A stretch of DNA of 64,000 bases from Octopus bimaculoides (lineage: Eukaryota), in contig NC_068982.1 of NCBI RefSeq assembly GCF_001194135.2, positions 114,051,181 to 114,115,180 on the forward strand, read 5' to 3'. Shown piece by piece: positions 1 through 13,309 of this stretch (positions within the stretch are counted from its first letter, which is position 1; every line of letters begins with the position of its first letter). Position numbers and translations under genes: made by a program. The notes under the pieces were generated by a model. That model was given only the letters and a program-made list of their open reading frames with translations. It made no database searches and was not told the origin of the DNA.

Positions 1-3000
1 GGCCATTGCCAACAAGAAGAAAATATTGCTTACATCTAAATTGGTATCTTGCTGAAAATAGGAAAGCCAGCTTTGTATAACACAAAACGATATCGGAAGA
101 GTTTGATGAACAGAATAAAAAGTAATTTTTCAGAAATATTTATTAGCAGCTTCAATATATAAAGGGTTCTTTAGCGAAAGGAAATCACATAGTTGAGGAA
201 CGAGAAATTCCTTTTTATTTACTGAGTTTTTGAAGATGTTTTTGAATATTTATCTTTTAAAAAGAAAAAAAAACAACATAATTTTGATTCCCTCCCTCTC
301 TTCAATATACTGTCTGTATTTTTACTTGATCGGTTTGTTTTCTCAAGCTATATAAATAGTCTAAGAATCCATATATCGAGAGAGACTGAAAGAGACAGGT
401 AGGCAAACAGAAACAAACACAAACACAAACACACACACACACACACACACACTACGTGAACATACATGCAATTTCACTTAGTCAGTGAGCGTGCACTCAT
501 GCACATATATATGTATGTAAGTATGTATGTATACGCAGATGTATGCATGTTCGTATGCATGCATGTACAGTACTTATATAATTCTGCTATTATTATGTCA
601 CTGAGTTGCCTCGTGTTGTTCAATCACTTCTGTTTTACTGGGATCGGCCTAAGATGTCTGCTTGAAATTGAAAAAGAATTCCAAGATATTTGGAGACTAG
701 ACAGAAGATTTGAAATCATTTGTTGTGTTTGAAGGGATGCTAAAGATTATGACTTTTTCGGTATGCTATAAATATTTCCCAGGTATTATGCAAAACTAAA
801 GCGAAAATGTATTTCGCTTTGCTATAGAAATTACTGCTTTGAATTTTCTTATTCGTATGACTCAACAGAAAGATGCTTTTTGCAAACAGTTTCTTGTCAT
901 TTAATCTACACACCTACTCGTGCCATCTCACTAAGATTTATTTTTAAAGATTTATTTAATGCTTGCATCATTAACTGTTATAATGCCTATACTGAATAGT
1001 TATTATTAACGTAGGAAAATTCCGAAGAGAAAGTAATCCTATTGTCTATTTTGCTAGCTGTTAACAAATAATTCAAATTCTTAAAAATAATTACTGAAAT
1101 TTCATGTTTATAATAAACTCCAAACAATTCTTTCTCGTTTGTGCTTGTTTGTTTTATAGAGAAAAATAATCCTCTTTCCACAAATAACAGTAAGATTTGA
1201 TGTAGTAACTCATGACGGCATTAAACTTAGAATTGTATTACGTATGTTTCTTTAAATATTTATTTCACATCTCTCTATGCCCTGAGCCACCAGTTTCGAG
1301 AAAATAAATATCAGTAATGCACTGAAATTGATTCAGCAAATTTTACACCTGCCCTGCGAAAGATGATGCGTCTAGTAAGGAATGATAAACCTGCAAAATT
1401 TCATTTCTTCTATCATTTAAATAGTGTGTTAATTACGGTTGTTACAAATCATAGCTGAAGCTACCAATCTACTGACATCTATTCAAAAGCAGAAGAAAGA
1501 GTCACCCCATTTCCACGTTAATATTGAATGATTCTTTTCCTACTTCTCAAACATATTTACCTATTTTCTGGCGATAATATATTTCTACGTCACAGAGATT
1601 TATTCCAAGATGTATACTATGATGTATACAATTTTCTTACAGATAATGTAAGAAAAACGCCTAAAAAGGCGTTTTAATATTATAATTAAAATTTTTTCAT
1701 CAGATATACAGTAGGACGTATATCTAACGAAAACTGACAGACTGTTAATGGATAAATGTAATATAGGTATGGATACTAGAAATTCACTTTGCCATTAGTG
1801 GTTTCGGATTCAATTTCTTTATGCGATACCTTCGGTGTCTTCCACTTTAACCTCGGGTAGATCAAAGCCTTTTTGATCGAAACTGTGTTACACAAGAACA
1901 AGAAATGTCCTTCTGACAGGATGTCAGACTTAAATCGCAGCCTGGTTTGACACTAGCCGAAGGCCATCTCGTCTTTGTGTTTATTACAGACTACGTTGAA
2001 ACCTTCCAATAATATCTACGTTATTTAAGACATTATGGCATGATTTGGTGGGGTATTTGGTTGCTATTTCTACCAGATAAAACAAGCACATAAGAGTTCT
2101 TCGCATTGGCTCTAATTTAGTTACATCTATGTTATGCTTATTATAAACAAAAAAATATATATAATCTATAAGCGAAAATTCAATCCTATCAAGCACTCGA
2201 ACGTTTTCAACATTCATTTCGTGGGAAAATTTAGGATTAGATCTCCCTACTTGCCAAAAGTCAGGGAGGCCCTGAAAAGAATCATGAACATTGTTGTTTT
2301 TTCTTTGAATAGACTCCCTCAAGTTCATGAACCAACGGTCTCATAAATTTCTATATAAACAGCGAGATTAGCATTTCTAACTACTCAAGAGACTAGTGAA
2401 TTCTATGATAACCATTGTCATAAATGCTTCTCTATTAACGATACAAGTGTTTGAGTACTTCAATTTATTTAAAGATTATATAATTCTGTTTATACATTGA
2501 CATAACATATAAGTAACCCACAACATGTCACCAGACTAGAAGAAAAATAATGGAAGCCCATATTCAATAGTTCGACCGGTTAGAAATGGCAGCCAAATAT
2601 GTTAAATTGTATACAGACACTTTCCAAAAACATATTCAGATTGTTTTAGTATAAACCAAGATCACTTGGTCATGCAGAGTTCAGTTATGTCAGATATGCA
2701 GTAACGTTAAACCTGTTCTATAATAAACTACATTGTGTATGTTAGATATATTGATAGAAACTTCAACGTAAGTGTGTCACTCTAAAACTGATGGTCACAA
2801 AAGTGCAGAAAACTATAGAATATTATATTGACTCTGCAGGACATTTTGAAGTAAAATTGTCTTCATAATAAAGTTATATAAAGTTTTATTGTCTTTCATC
2901 GATAATATTTGCTGCTTACTTTGAACCCAGAGAAGCAATTGATTTTGTAAATATGATGTTATATAGTGCATGCACTCTTCTGTTTGTTGGGGTCCTAAGG

Positions 3001-4757
3001 GAGAAATAGAGTCAATGATAGCAATGCTTTAGAATGAATATACCCAGAAATTCCATAAGAAAAAACAAAAACAAAAAAGAAATCATAAATCTTCCAAAAT
3101 ATAATCTATTTTAAACACTCAGAAATGTGTTAGAAACTTTGATTTTTAGCATTACAACTATGATATTTACTTTTCAAATTGCCCTTAATTGTTACTTATA
3201 ATACTATCTAATTTCAAGAACAAAATCGTAATGTGTGTCTTATGTCTGTTTGGACTGCTTCACATCACTTAATGCCATTAAGGGTTAATGCTTTTTAGAT
3301 AATGATAAACACCACAACTATAGACTTCTCTCCATATGATGTCAACAGAATTAATTCCTCACCAATAGATACCTTTGATTAGGAAAAGACTGAAGAGGGA
3401 AATACTAACATTTAATATTTAACTTTATTACTTTGGTGTACTAATAAGGAATTCTAATTTACAAGATATTGCACTTTGTCGAGGCGCTCATTATTTGAAC
3501 ATATCTATTTCATTTCATTGAAACATTCGTCTCTTTCCAACATAAGCCTGTTGGACTTGTTGCTTCATTTCCCCCAATTCTTTATTCAATCTCATATCTG
3601 TGATACTTTCCAAAAATTAAAAAATAAGCAAAAAAAGACTATTTATAGTATAATTGATTCCATTGTTATTAATATAACCTGCAGACACTGTCTTTAGTTT
3701 TAAGAATGTTCTAACACCATATAGCCGTCAGATGAAAGGTTACTGTTAAATACAGCTTGTAATAAAAGAGGGAAAATAATTGGATACAAAGTAATAATTA
3801 AGTTAAGAAACATTTCAATGACAGAGTGTGAACAAAAAATTTAAAAAATTAAATAAATGTCTGCGAAACCTGTAGACTGCCTGGAGAAATAAAATTGTTG
3901 GAAATATCTGCAAATGAACTAAGACAGCCAAAGGGATTGAGCATCTAATTATAGCTGAAAAACGAAATAATAAAATATTCTCAGAATTACAACTATTCTG
4001 TTACCAATAGAATATGTTGAACAGACTGAGGGGAAAGAAATCTCACAGCAAATGTTTTTGCAAATACGGAAATGGAGACAAAGAGATGTTACTAAGATGA
4101 AAAATTAGATGTACAATGAGAACATATTGAAAATTTCGGTAGAAAGAGCAGCCTGGTATTAATTACGAGACATGTGTTTCGTCTTGTATTGTTTCGTCTC
4201 TTGACAGCTTGGTATTCTAGATTATCAAGGAAGAAACTGTCTGTGATAGAAAATCATTTTAGTTTGTGTCACCTACTGTTGAGAGAGAGTCATCACCATA
4301 TTTAAGAATTAGAAGAAAAATAAACTTAATAATGTTTAGAAACATTTATAAAGAACGTATTAAATATAATATCAGTCTGAATAACAGGGGAACGATGGAA
4401 TCAAAGACTTGAGTAACAGATAGGAATGGAGGAAAAAGTGCGGAGAGAGATAATCAATTTTGTATCATATTCTCGAATGAAACGGCTCGATTGTATCATA
4501 ATATTCTTGAGTGAAACCTCTAGAAATTATTCCTTGTACATAAGTCTCCTGTTCTCCCACAGTTCTCTGCTTTATTATCTGGACTGCGAGTTAGAATTGA
4601 CAGCAATATTTGTTGTTGCTGTTGTTTAGCCCTGAGCCAGTTATCATCGAGTAAGCCTATGTAAAGCATTCCAGCTATGACCACATCATCATTTGTTGTA
4701 ATAGTTTATCAGTCTGTCATCTCAAGCATTCCCAGCAGATCGTGTGACTACGTAGAG

Positions 4758-4902
4758 CAGGCATGGGCAACCTTTTACGAGAAGCGGGCCACAAGAGATA
4801 TGGCTCTTTACCTGGAGGGGCGCACTACTAAAATGTTCGTGGCAATTTTCCGTTAGTCGTGCCATTCAGTAAGTCCTATGGGTCGCAAGTTGCCCATGAC
4901 TA
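4758..4902. mobile_element. hAT-type MITE (145 bp)
   Basis: TIRs caggcatgggcaac (4758) and gttgcccatgacta (ends 4902). Flanking 8-bp TSD acgtagag / acgtagat (7/8 match); 8-bp TSDs are typical of hAT. Confidence 0.8.
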
Positions 4903-7900
4903 ACGTAGATCATTCTTCACTGGATCGTGGGGGAGATATTAGATTGTTCAGTATACAACCATAGTATTCATGCGGATTTTAAGACTCGAATCTCCCCAGA
5001 AAAGATGATATGTTCTGTTTGTTACAACTCATAATTTTAAACGTAGCTAAGTTTGAAAAAGGTAATTGTAATTATGAAAATGTCATTAAAAATATATAAA
5101 TGAATTAAAATTATATATTTGTGACAAAGTTTTCAAAAAATTAATTAATGTTTTAACAAACAGAATTAAGAGAATAAAAGTAAGTTAATGTAATAAAAAA
5201 AATTTAGAGACAATCCAATAATTACAAAGAAATAACGAGAAAAAAGGTGAAGTAGATAAAATATTTTAGAGCTGGCGAGTGAGAAAAAACGAGCTAAAGT
5301 CTAATAATACCAACATTACAACAGCATTTACTTTTACTTCAACATAACATGTTCTGTTTATATCAGCACTAAATTTAACAGTACTATGCGGAAATGAGAT
5401 ATTGCAGATTAATCCTGATAAAACAACATCAAGTAAGACAAATTTACAACGTTTTTCTGGCTTCTTTAAACCTTCAAAGAAGGTACTAAAATATAAAACC
5501 GACAACAAATGCGAATAAAGATATTTATTTATTGCTACATGGAAATAATAAAACAATAAAAACAAATATACTGATTTTAATGGTATTTTTTCTCCTCCAT
5601 AAATTGGGAGTGCTTCTTTTTTTTTTAAGTACGAGGCGCAGACAGCTCAAATGACTTAAACGTCATGAATCAATTGATGAGAGTGTTTTCCCCCCCATGC
5701 AAAAATTCAATTTGTTTTTATAATGGGACTCTCTTTTGGATGATGAGATAAAGTGATGAAAATATGGAACGGTTTTTATATATATTGCTCATTGTAAACT
5801 AATTTCTCTTGTTTTGTTTTGTGAGTTTCAATGAAATTCCCGACAGAATTTACATTTAGCTAGATATGAAAATTTGAAACATTTTATTCTAGTTTTCTAG
5901 GATTATCTCATCACTCATCCAATTTACTGAAAGCCTTATTACCCCCAATGGACTCGAGTATATAAGGAATAATCGAAATGATTTAAGCTCCAATAATTAG
6001 CACGGTCTCCGCCAGAAAACATACAAAAAGTTGTTCCATTAGCTTTAATATGATTTATAAAAATATAGAGCTCTGGGAAGTAACATTTAAATGTAACATC
6101 AGAGAAATGAGTATGTTAATGGAAAAGGGTATCAGTGACATTAGACTGCACCGATCAAGTGTTGACCAAAGCAATGATAATCTAAACATTCTTTCCTTGC
6201 CAACAATTTTAATTCCATCTTTGAGGACTTCCATTTTTTATTCGAAAATTTGCTCTTCGTGATACCCAGAATCCATGCTTCACAGCACTGACTCTTTGAC
6301 TTATACGCTATATTTATAGTAGGTTATATACTCAATACCAATTACATAGTAACGCGAACGATCCAGAACGTTGAGTCATTAACTTGCTTGAGACATTAAC
6401 TTTTCTCTGTTCTCATTTCCAATTCTATCCAATTCTAGCGGCTTCTTTCACCTTGCCAACTTCACACACCGTTTCCTTTTCTCTCTTTCTCTTGGCCTTC
6501 AATTTTATTCCTCATATCATGCCTTTCATTCCTTCCTTACTTTTTCTATTGCTTTTTCAGGTGGAAGGGAGTGCCTATGATGCTGGTGTTTTACGGTGCC
6601 TGCAAGACTGGTGGACAAAAGAGAAAGTTATCCTCAAACATGAAACCTGGTCTAAATGCTTGCAATAGAGTAGACACTACTAAAGGCACCCACTGATTAA
6701 ATGGGTGTGTTAATCAGAGCGAAGGAACAAGTCTAACATTCAAGTAGACCATATCAGGATTTGAATTCATGACTCAAGGAACTAGGATAAAATTCCGCAA
6801 GGTGTCTTCTTCGACACTAGAATTATTCCGTCACTCTAGACTGGTATTGATTCTTCGATCCCGGAAGCAAATCTGACTTCGGTGAGAGTGAACTAAAAAT
6901 GGAAAAAGGAATAAACACCGCACAGTATTTCGTTCGATGCTTAAAAGCCGTTCGTCTAAAGCTTACCTACAACCAAAACCACAACACCACTTTCTTACTC
7001 AACCAGATAAAGTCAAAAACGTTAGATACTTGATTTATCAAATTTTTGCACAAACCATTCCATGGATTAATTGTAGATCATCATTAGTTTCTCTAGATTC
7101 TGGATTTACTCTATTTTTAAATTACTGAAGTTTAAATGTATATTCGTAGTCGATTACTTTAAATGTATAAACAACTAATACGAATTTGGCAGTTCATAGA
7201 TGGGATAAACAATAGGAAAATAATGCCAATTCTAAAAGAATTGCACTGGTTCTCCTTTAATATTAAATTAACAAGAAAGGAGATCAGAGATTAATCTCTG
7301 AAGTCAAAGACCAAACGAAGATAATTGATTTCAGTATTGTGAACAATATATATTGTCCAGAAAGAAATCAAACAATATCTAAATATCCTAAACAGTCAGA
7401 AGTTGATAGATCGTGTATTGTACTAAATAACTATACCTTAGAACAATACGGTTGTAACACACACTGATTGACTAGCATCACATAAATACACGCGAAATAT
7501 AGACTGGATCTATCGGCATTTGGTTTTATCGATTAATCAATAGAGATCCATTTCACAGACATCGGCCGAGCTGGCAACAGTGAAACCTCTCTGTTGGAAA
7601 AAAAAAAGAAAGAATATAAGAATAAATAAAATAAAATAAAAGGGGGAACGGCAAGTTTGGTAAATTCCGATTTCTGGCTCACATGTAACTAACTGTTTTG
7701 TCAGCCAGTTCTACAACACGAGACGCTAACTTCAGTTCGATATATTGATTACGACTCAGCCAAAAGGCATCTTAAATATTAAACTCCTCAGAAATAGCCA
7801 CCTCATACCAGTCCTGTTCCACTGTTAAAACTATTGAACAGTTCTCAGTCATATCTAATCAGGAAGTATTGCTTTGACTTGCTTCACGCTTATGCCCCAG

Positions 7901-8310
7901 CGCCTTATCCTTCTTATCCTTGTCTTCCATCAATCAGCTTTTCCATAGTTTCCTTTCTTTTCTATTTCCCCACATTCTCCCCCTAGCTCTTTCCCTCTGC
8001 TCTGCCAGTCCAACGGTTATTTTATCTCTCAGATACTCTCTATATATTTCTATTTCTTCTCGAAAATTTTTTACATCCGCCCCGTCTTCAGCCAGTGACT
8101 TTTACTCTTATCTTATTATTTTTTGATATTTGTAAACGCACGTGTACCCTCGCCACAAATACATGTGGACAGACAGACAGACACACACACACACACACAC
8201 ACACGTGTGTGTGTGTAACCACATGTATGCATATATAGGCATACCTATATATTTACATACATATGTATACACTTGTAGACTTATACATACACACATGTAC
8301 ACAGATAAAA

Positions 8311-8366
<56 letters not shown>

Positions 8367-8605
8367 TCACACACACACGCACATGTATACACATATAGGC
8401 ATACGCAGACACACACACATGCATATAGACATCACTTATACACATGTTTTTCATATGCTTCTACAAATATTTATCTTTAGGTCATATGTAATTCCTTGTG
8501 TGCATTATATATGATATAATGACAGTAATAACAGTGTCTATCTGAATCACAAGATACACACATATTGGGAGATTGTATAGGCGATTAAGTTCTAATTCAG
8601 TACTA

Positions 8606-8607
<2 letters not shown>

Positions 8608-8641
<34 letters not shown>

Positions 8642-8670
8642 CATCATTATTATTATCATTATTATCGTCC

Positions 8671-8723
<53 letters not shown>
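8608..8723. repeat. (ATT)n microsatellite with ATC interruptions
   Basis: Direct reading; abuts the SINE at 8727. Confidence 0.95.
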
Positions 8724-8725
<2 letters not shown>

Positions 8726-8726
8726 A

Positions 8727-8951
8727 AAGGCAGCGAGCTGGCAGAATCGTTAGCACGCCGGGCGAAATGCTTAGTGGTATTTCGTCTGTCCTCACGTTCT
8801 TAGTACGAATTCCACCGAGGTCGACTTTGCCTTTCATCCTTTCGGGGTCGATGAATTAAGTACCAGTCACGCACTGGGGTCGATGTAATCGACTATCCTC
8901 CTCCCCTAAATTTGAGGCCTTGTGCCTATAATAGAAAGGATTATTATTATT
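8727..8951 (+). mobile_element. tRNA-derived SINE, family A, full length
   Basis: Head aaggcagcgagctggcagaatcgttagcacgccgggcgaaatgc, body gaggtcgactttgcctttcatcctttcggggtcgat, tail ccttgtgcctataatagaaagg followed by (ATT)n. Near-identical to copies at 10947-11475 and 32623-34549. Confidence 0.9.
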
Positions 8952-8989
8952 TAAAAGGATAAAACGCTATTCATCATTTCTTCCAGCTC

Positions 8990-9135
8990 TTTCCGTTCGA
9001 AGTTCGAATTCTACTGTAGTCGACTTCCCCTTACATAAGTACCAATCAAGTGCTGGATCGATGTGATAGATTTTCTCCTCCCCCCACCTCCTCAAACTTA
9101 TTGGCCTTGTACCAATAACAGAAAGAATTATTAAT
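8990..9135 (+). mobile_element. Degenerate SINE family A fragment
   Basis: ttcgaagttcgaattctactgtagtcgactt...ggccttgtaccaataacagaaagaattatt aligns by eye to the family-A body and tail. Confidence 0.6.
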
Positions 9136-9504
9136 ATCAACAATATATAGAAATGAGAGGTAGATAAAAGTGATGACGTTTTCTGGTAAAATCTTGGCAT
9201 CGACGAAGATGAGCTACGTAATTGCCATGTTTCAACGGATTTTCGGGCCGGGGAACGTCATGAATAACTTCTGGAGATAGCTGGCCTGGAAGCTATCGAG
9301 AGAACCTGCTAGATTGAAGGTAAACTCAATGGACACGGGATTGCCGCCAGGTGGGTCTGCCCGAAACGTGCGCAGAGCGACGAAATCGTATTGTCCGCAC
9401 TCTTGCAAAGTCGAGGATTGCTGATTTCAGGAGTTACGTCGAACAGTTGTTGTCATGTGTAGGACGAATCCGACTATTGGCCGAATTCATCGTAAGGGTT
9501 GCCC

Positions 9505-12055
9505 ACCACGCCGATTTTTAAGTATTTTATCTTATTTTCAGTGTTTCTCTCCATTTTCTCTTTTCTTCCCGATAATAATTTGTCAAACATTGACCTGACT
9601 TTCCTGCCGAACATTAGTGCAGCTGGTGACATACCTGAAGTAGTGTTGGGATTCGGTGTTATTCGGCAGACACTTAGGAATTGTGTCAATGCAGTATCAG
9701 CCAGTAGCTCATTCCTAGATTTTTTCAGCGCCCCCTTAAATGTCTCTACAAAACGTTCTGCTAGTCCATTCGATCTCGGATGGTATGGCAGAGTAAGTAA
9801 TATGCTCCATTGCATGCATTTTGCAAAAGTTCTCAAATTGCTTCGACGTGAACTGTTTCCCATTATCAGGCACTATAGCGTCTGGAACGCCATATCGCGC
9901 AAAAAGTTCGTCCAGAAATTCCATTGTTAATTTGGAGGTTGGCTTCCTCCATTTACATATTTCCGGCCACTTCATGTAACTAGCCACGCCTATTAGATAA
10001 TACCTTCCATTTAATGGTCCTGCGAAGTCTATGTGTTATCTGGACCAAAGTATGCTGGTCCTGGATCAAGGCTGAATTTTCATAGGTGGTGATCTTGTTG
10101 TCACGGTACAACCCCTGCAGGCTTTCACCAAATTTTTCAATATCCTGATCCATATTCGGCTAGTAAACGTAGCTCCCCATCACTGCTTTCATTCTCGCGA
10201 TTCCTGGATATCTCATGGAATTCTTTTAGCATACGATTTTGAAAAGAAACAGGCATTACAACCTACTGAGCGTACATAAGTACGTCATCACATATCGAAT
10301 ACCATTTCGAAACTGTGTTTTGCTCGACTACATAAGTTTTTGTATTTGCTTCTGACTTCACCATATTTTTCATTTTAATTATGAACACATCCTTCCCTGC
10401 TTTAATTTTTATTTTCTCTGAATTGACAGGTAGTTCACGTACTACGTTGCATCGTATATCTTTTATTTTGATTTCAGCTTTTAATGCCGCTATTATTGCG
10501 TCCTCTAACGGTTCATTGTACTTAGGTATCAATCTTGACATGGCAGAAATTCCATCTTAAAGTAATGATTTACTAGGATCGTCTCCTAGCGCTGTGGCTG
10601 TAGTTTTTTTCAGCCGCCAACAATGAACGTGAAGCATGAGCGATGGATTTTAGGCTACCATTTTCATACTTGTGCAAAATCACCACTCTTATACCACTTT
10701 CACTAGCATTTGATGCTACTACTATTTTAAAATTTGGATCAAAGTGTGATAATGACGCATCCAATGTAAAAACTTTTAAAATTTCTTCGAATGCTTTTTG
10801 GCACCTGTTCGACCAATACCATTTAACGTCTTTTTACAATAGGTTGTTTAGGGGTGCTCTTAGCTCATGCATATTCGGTATATATATTTGGTAATAGCTT
10901 GCGAGCCCCAAGAACGCTTGTAACGTTGTAATATTTTTCGGGGGAGAAGGCGGTGAGTTGACAGAATCGTTAGCCCTCTGGATGAAATGCTTAGCGGTAT
11001 TTCGTCTGCCGCTACGTTCTGAGTTCAAATTCCGCTGAGGTCGACTTTGCCTTTCATCCTTTCGGGGTCGATTAAATAAGTACCAGTTACGCACTGAGGT
11101 CGATATAATCGACTTAACCCGTTTGTCTGTCCTTGTTTGTCCCCCCTGTGTGTAGCCCCTTGTGGGCAGTAAAGAAATAAAAAATGTTAGCGCGCTAACG
11201 TATAATCGACTTAATCCGTTTGTCTGTTCATGTTTGTCCCCTCTGTGTGTAGCCCCTTGTGGGCAGTAAAGAAATAAGAAATGTTAGCACGTCGGGCGAA
11301 ATACTTAGCGGTATTTCGTCTGTCTTTACGTTCTGAGTTCAAATTCCGCCGAGGTCGACTTTGCTTTTCATCCTTTCGGAGTCGATAAATTAAGTACCAG
11401 TTGCGTACTGGGGTAGATCTAATTGACTGGCCCCCTCCCCAAAAATTTTGGGTCTTGTGCCTAGAGTAGAAAAGGATATTTTTCGGGGGAGGCATATTTT
11501 TTATTGCAGTCGATCTTGAAGTATGTGTCCTGCGACCATTTTTATCGATAACTTGCCCTAGATATTTTATTTCTGGCATGAAAAATTCGCATTTTTCCTC
11601 ACTAAGTTTAAATCCATATTTCCTTATTCTTTCAAAGACCTTTTTAACATGTTCCTCACGCTGGCCTCGAGACTCACTTTTTATGAGTATGTCATCCAAG
11701 TAAGCTATAGCGAAATCCATATCTGCAAGCATAGTGTCCATCACCTGTTGGAAAATACTACGTGCCACCTTTATCCCCAAAGGAAGTCGATTAAATTTAT
11801 ATAAACCTTTATGGGTGTTTACTGTTAATAATTTCGAACACTCCTCTTCGACTTATGACTGTATATATACCTCTGACAAGTCCAGGTCCAACTTTAAAAA
11901 AAATATTTCCTCCATTGAGTTTCGCAAAAATTTCCTCCGGCCTTGATAATGGGTAATTGTATGTCATGAAACGTTCGTTCAAGCCTGTTGAAAAGTCAGC
12001 GCATACTTGTATTTTTTTATTTTTCATTTTTTACATAAACAGTTGCTGACACCCA
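9505..12055 (-). mobile_element. pol: Ty3/Gypsy LTR-retrotransposon pol pseudogene (RT, RNase H, integrase), interrupted by SINEs
   Basis: Minus-strand fragments: WVSATVYVK/KIQVCADFSTGLN, MGIKVARSIFQQVMDTML...AYLDDILI (RT YLDD), FLGLASYY, DASLSHFDPN...SNASESGI...AHASRSL..AEKNYS (RNase H), MASYMKWPE...FARYGVPDAIVPDNGKQF, PYHPRSNGLAERFV (integrase). Many frameshifts and stops; no LTRs found. Confidence 0.93.
10947..11475 (+). mobile_element. Composite SINE (family A with nested alternative-tail SINE copies) inserted in Gypsy RT
   Basis: Perfect 16-bp TSD atatttttcgggggag at 10931-10946 and 11476-11491; the Gypsy peptide PPKNI is duplicated on both sides. Confidence 0.92.
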
Positions 12056-12358
12056 TCCTCCTTCCCTCCTCAACAAGGTATGAAACTCCTTGAAGTCTCT
12101 GTCCTTTACTTCCAATTCACGCATCTGCAGTAGCTCAGCTGTCAGGCTCTTGCCCGTCACTGCAGCATAACTGCCTGTTTGGGCCTGCGCATTCATAATT
12201 ACGTTGTTCATCGTTTTACCCATAAATGGTGAAGCCAAATAAAATTTTTCAATAAATTCAAAAAAATCACAAATACAACAATCACAATATTCAACAATTC
12301 TGTAATTCAAAGCAACAACGCACGTGTGAGCGAAATCAAGACAACAACTCCTTCACAA
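12056..12358 (-). pseudogene. 5' fragment (UTR plus ORF1 N-terminus) of an L1/Tx1-like element related to 32684-34382
   Basis: MGKTMNN...GSYAAVTGKSLTAELLQMRELEVKDRDFKEFHTLLRREG aligns ungapped to ELEVREIKVEPRKMKKSEKLITKEG (9/25 identical) and shares SYAA. Both have a similar TTG-rich leader and start context. Confidence 0.6.
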
Positions 12359-12737
12359 ATGCGTCAGTACGCATGCGCCTTTATAAGGTTTAGGACAGTT
12401 CACTTGCTATCCCACAAGGGTGTCAGGATTTCACCACAACAGTATTTTGAGTAGAATTACTAGTTATGCAGTACCGTATATAAATACTCTCAGAGTAATG
12501 TTTGAAAGCAATTTCTAGGTTTTCTGAAATATATGGCATATAAAGTAGGCTTAGTTATCTCACCATGTTTTACAGCATCACCACACACGCGCGCAAGCAT
12601 ACAAACACATATGTATATGTACACACGCATACACACACTCATATATACTGCAATTTTGTCTTATAGTGGATTTTTTTAATATCGACATAAATGTATGTTC
12701 CTTATATATACTTATATACAGATTCGTTACCGGACCG

Positions 12738-12892
12738 GATCGGACAAACTGTCTAGCGTCATCGAGGTCGACTTTGTCTTTGATCCTTTCGAAGTCGATA
12801 AAATAAAATATCAGTCAAACACTGGGTTTGATGTAATTGACTGCAACCTATCTAGAAATTTCAGACCTTGTGCCTATAGTAGAAAGAATAAC
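12738..12892 (+). mobile_element. Degenerate SINE family A
   Basis: gaggtcgactttgtctttgatcctttcgaagtcgataaa...ccttgtgcctatagtagaaagaataa. Confidence 0.75.
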
Positions 12893-13309
12893 ATATACTC
12901 ATATTTCTAGAATGGTATTACATTTAGGGGTTCGTTTTTGAATACTGGCGTATATTTATGCCAGTTTACTTAAATTTGTACTTACATATAGTTATACATT
13001 AATACGTGTTTTTTGTATATATAAGATGTGAATGTTCTTTTACGTAAATGTGTAGATGTACATGTATATAAGTTGTTTGTGTATGTATATACAACTCTGT
13101 CTTATGTTTCAATCATAGTTTGTAATCCTAGAGAAATATGGGCCCTATCAAACTGATTTTGCTTTGACATATTTGGAAAGACATAAGATTATCTTGCAAA
13201 AAAATGTCTATTTCTGTGTTTATTTGAGTAAACGCATGTACTCAAATCTATATGTAAGTAAACAAAGAATACTTACACACGTAATATTAACTTGATAAAC
13301 ATAAATAAA

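Noticed and set aside
1984-2328. 114-aa minus-strand ORF in non-repetitive sequence
   Set aside because: No recognisable domain, an in-frame stop just upstream and no good splice acceptor. A few ORFs of this length are expected by chance in six frames of 64 kb.
6556-6690. Strong plus-strand polypyrimidine/AG acceptor followed by GC-richer sequence
   Set aside because: All three frames hit stops, no recognisable peptide and no partner exons.
9140-12450. LTRs, PBS or PPT for the Gypsy element
   Set aside because: No direct repeats were found at the two ends; both ends appear replaced by other sequence.
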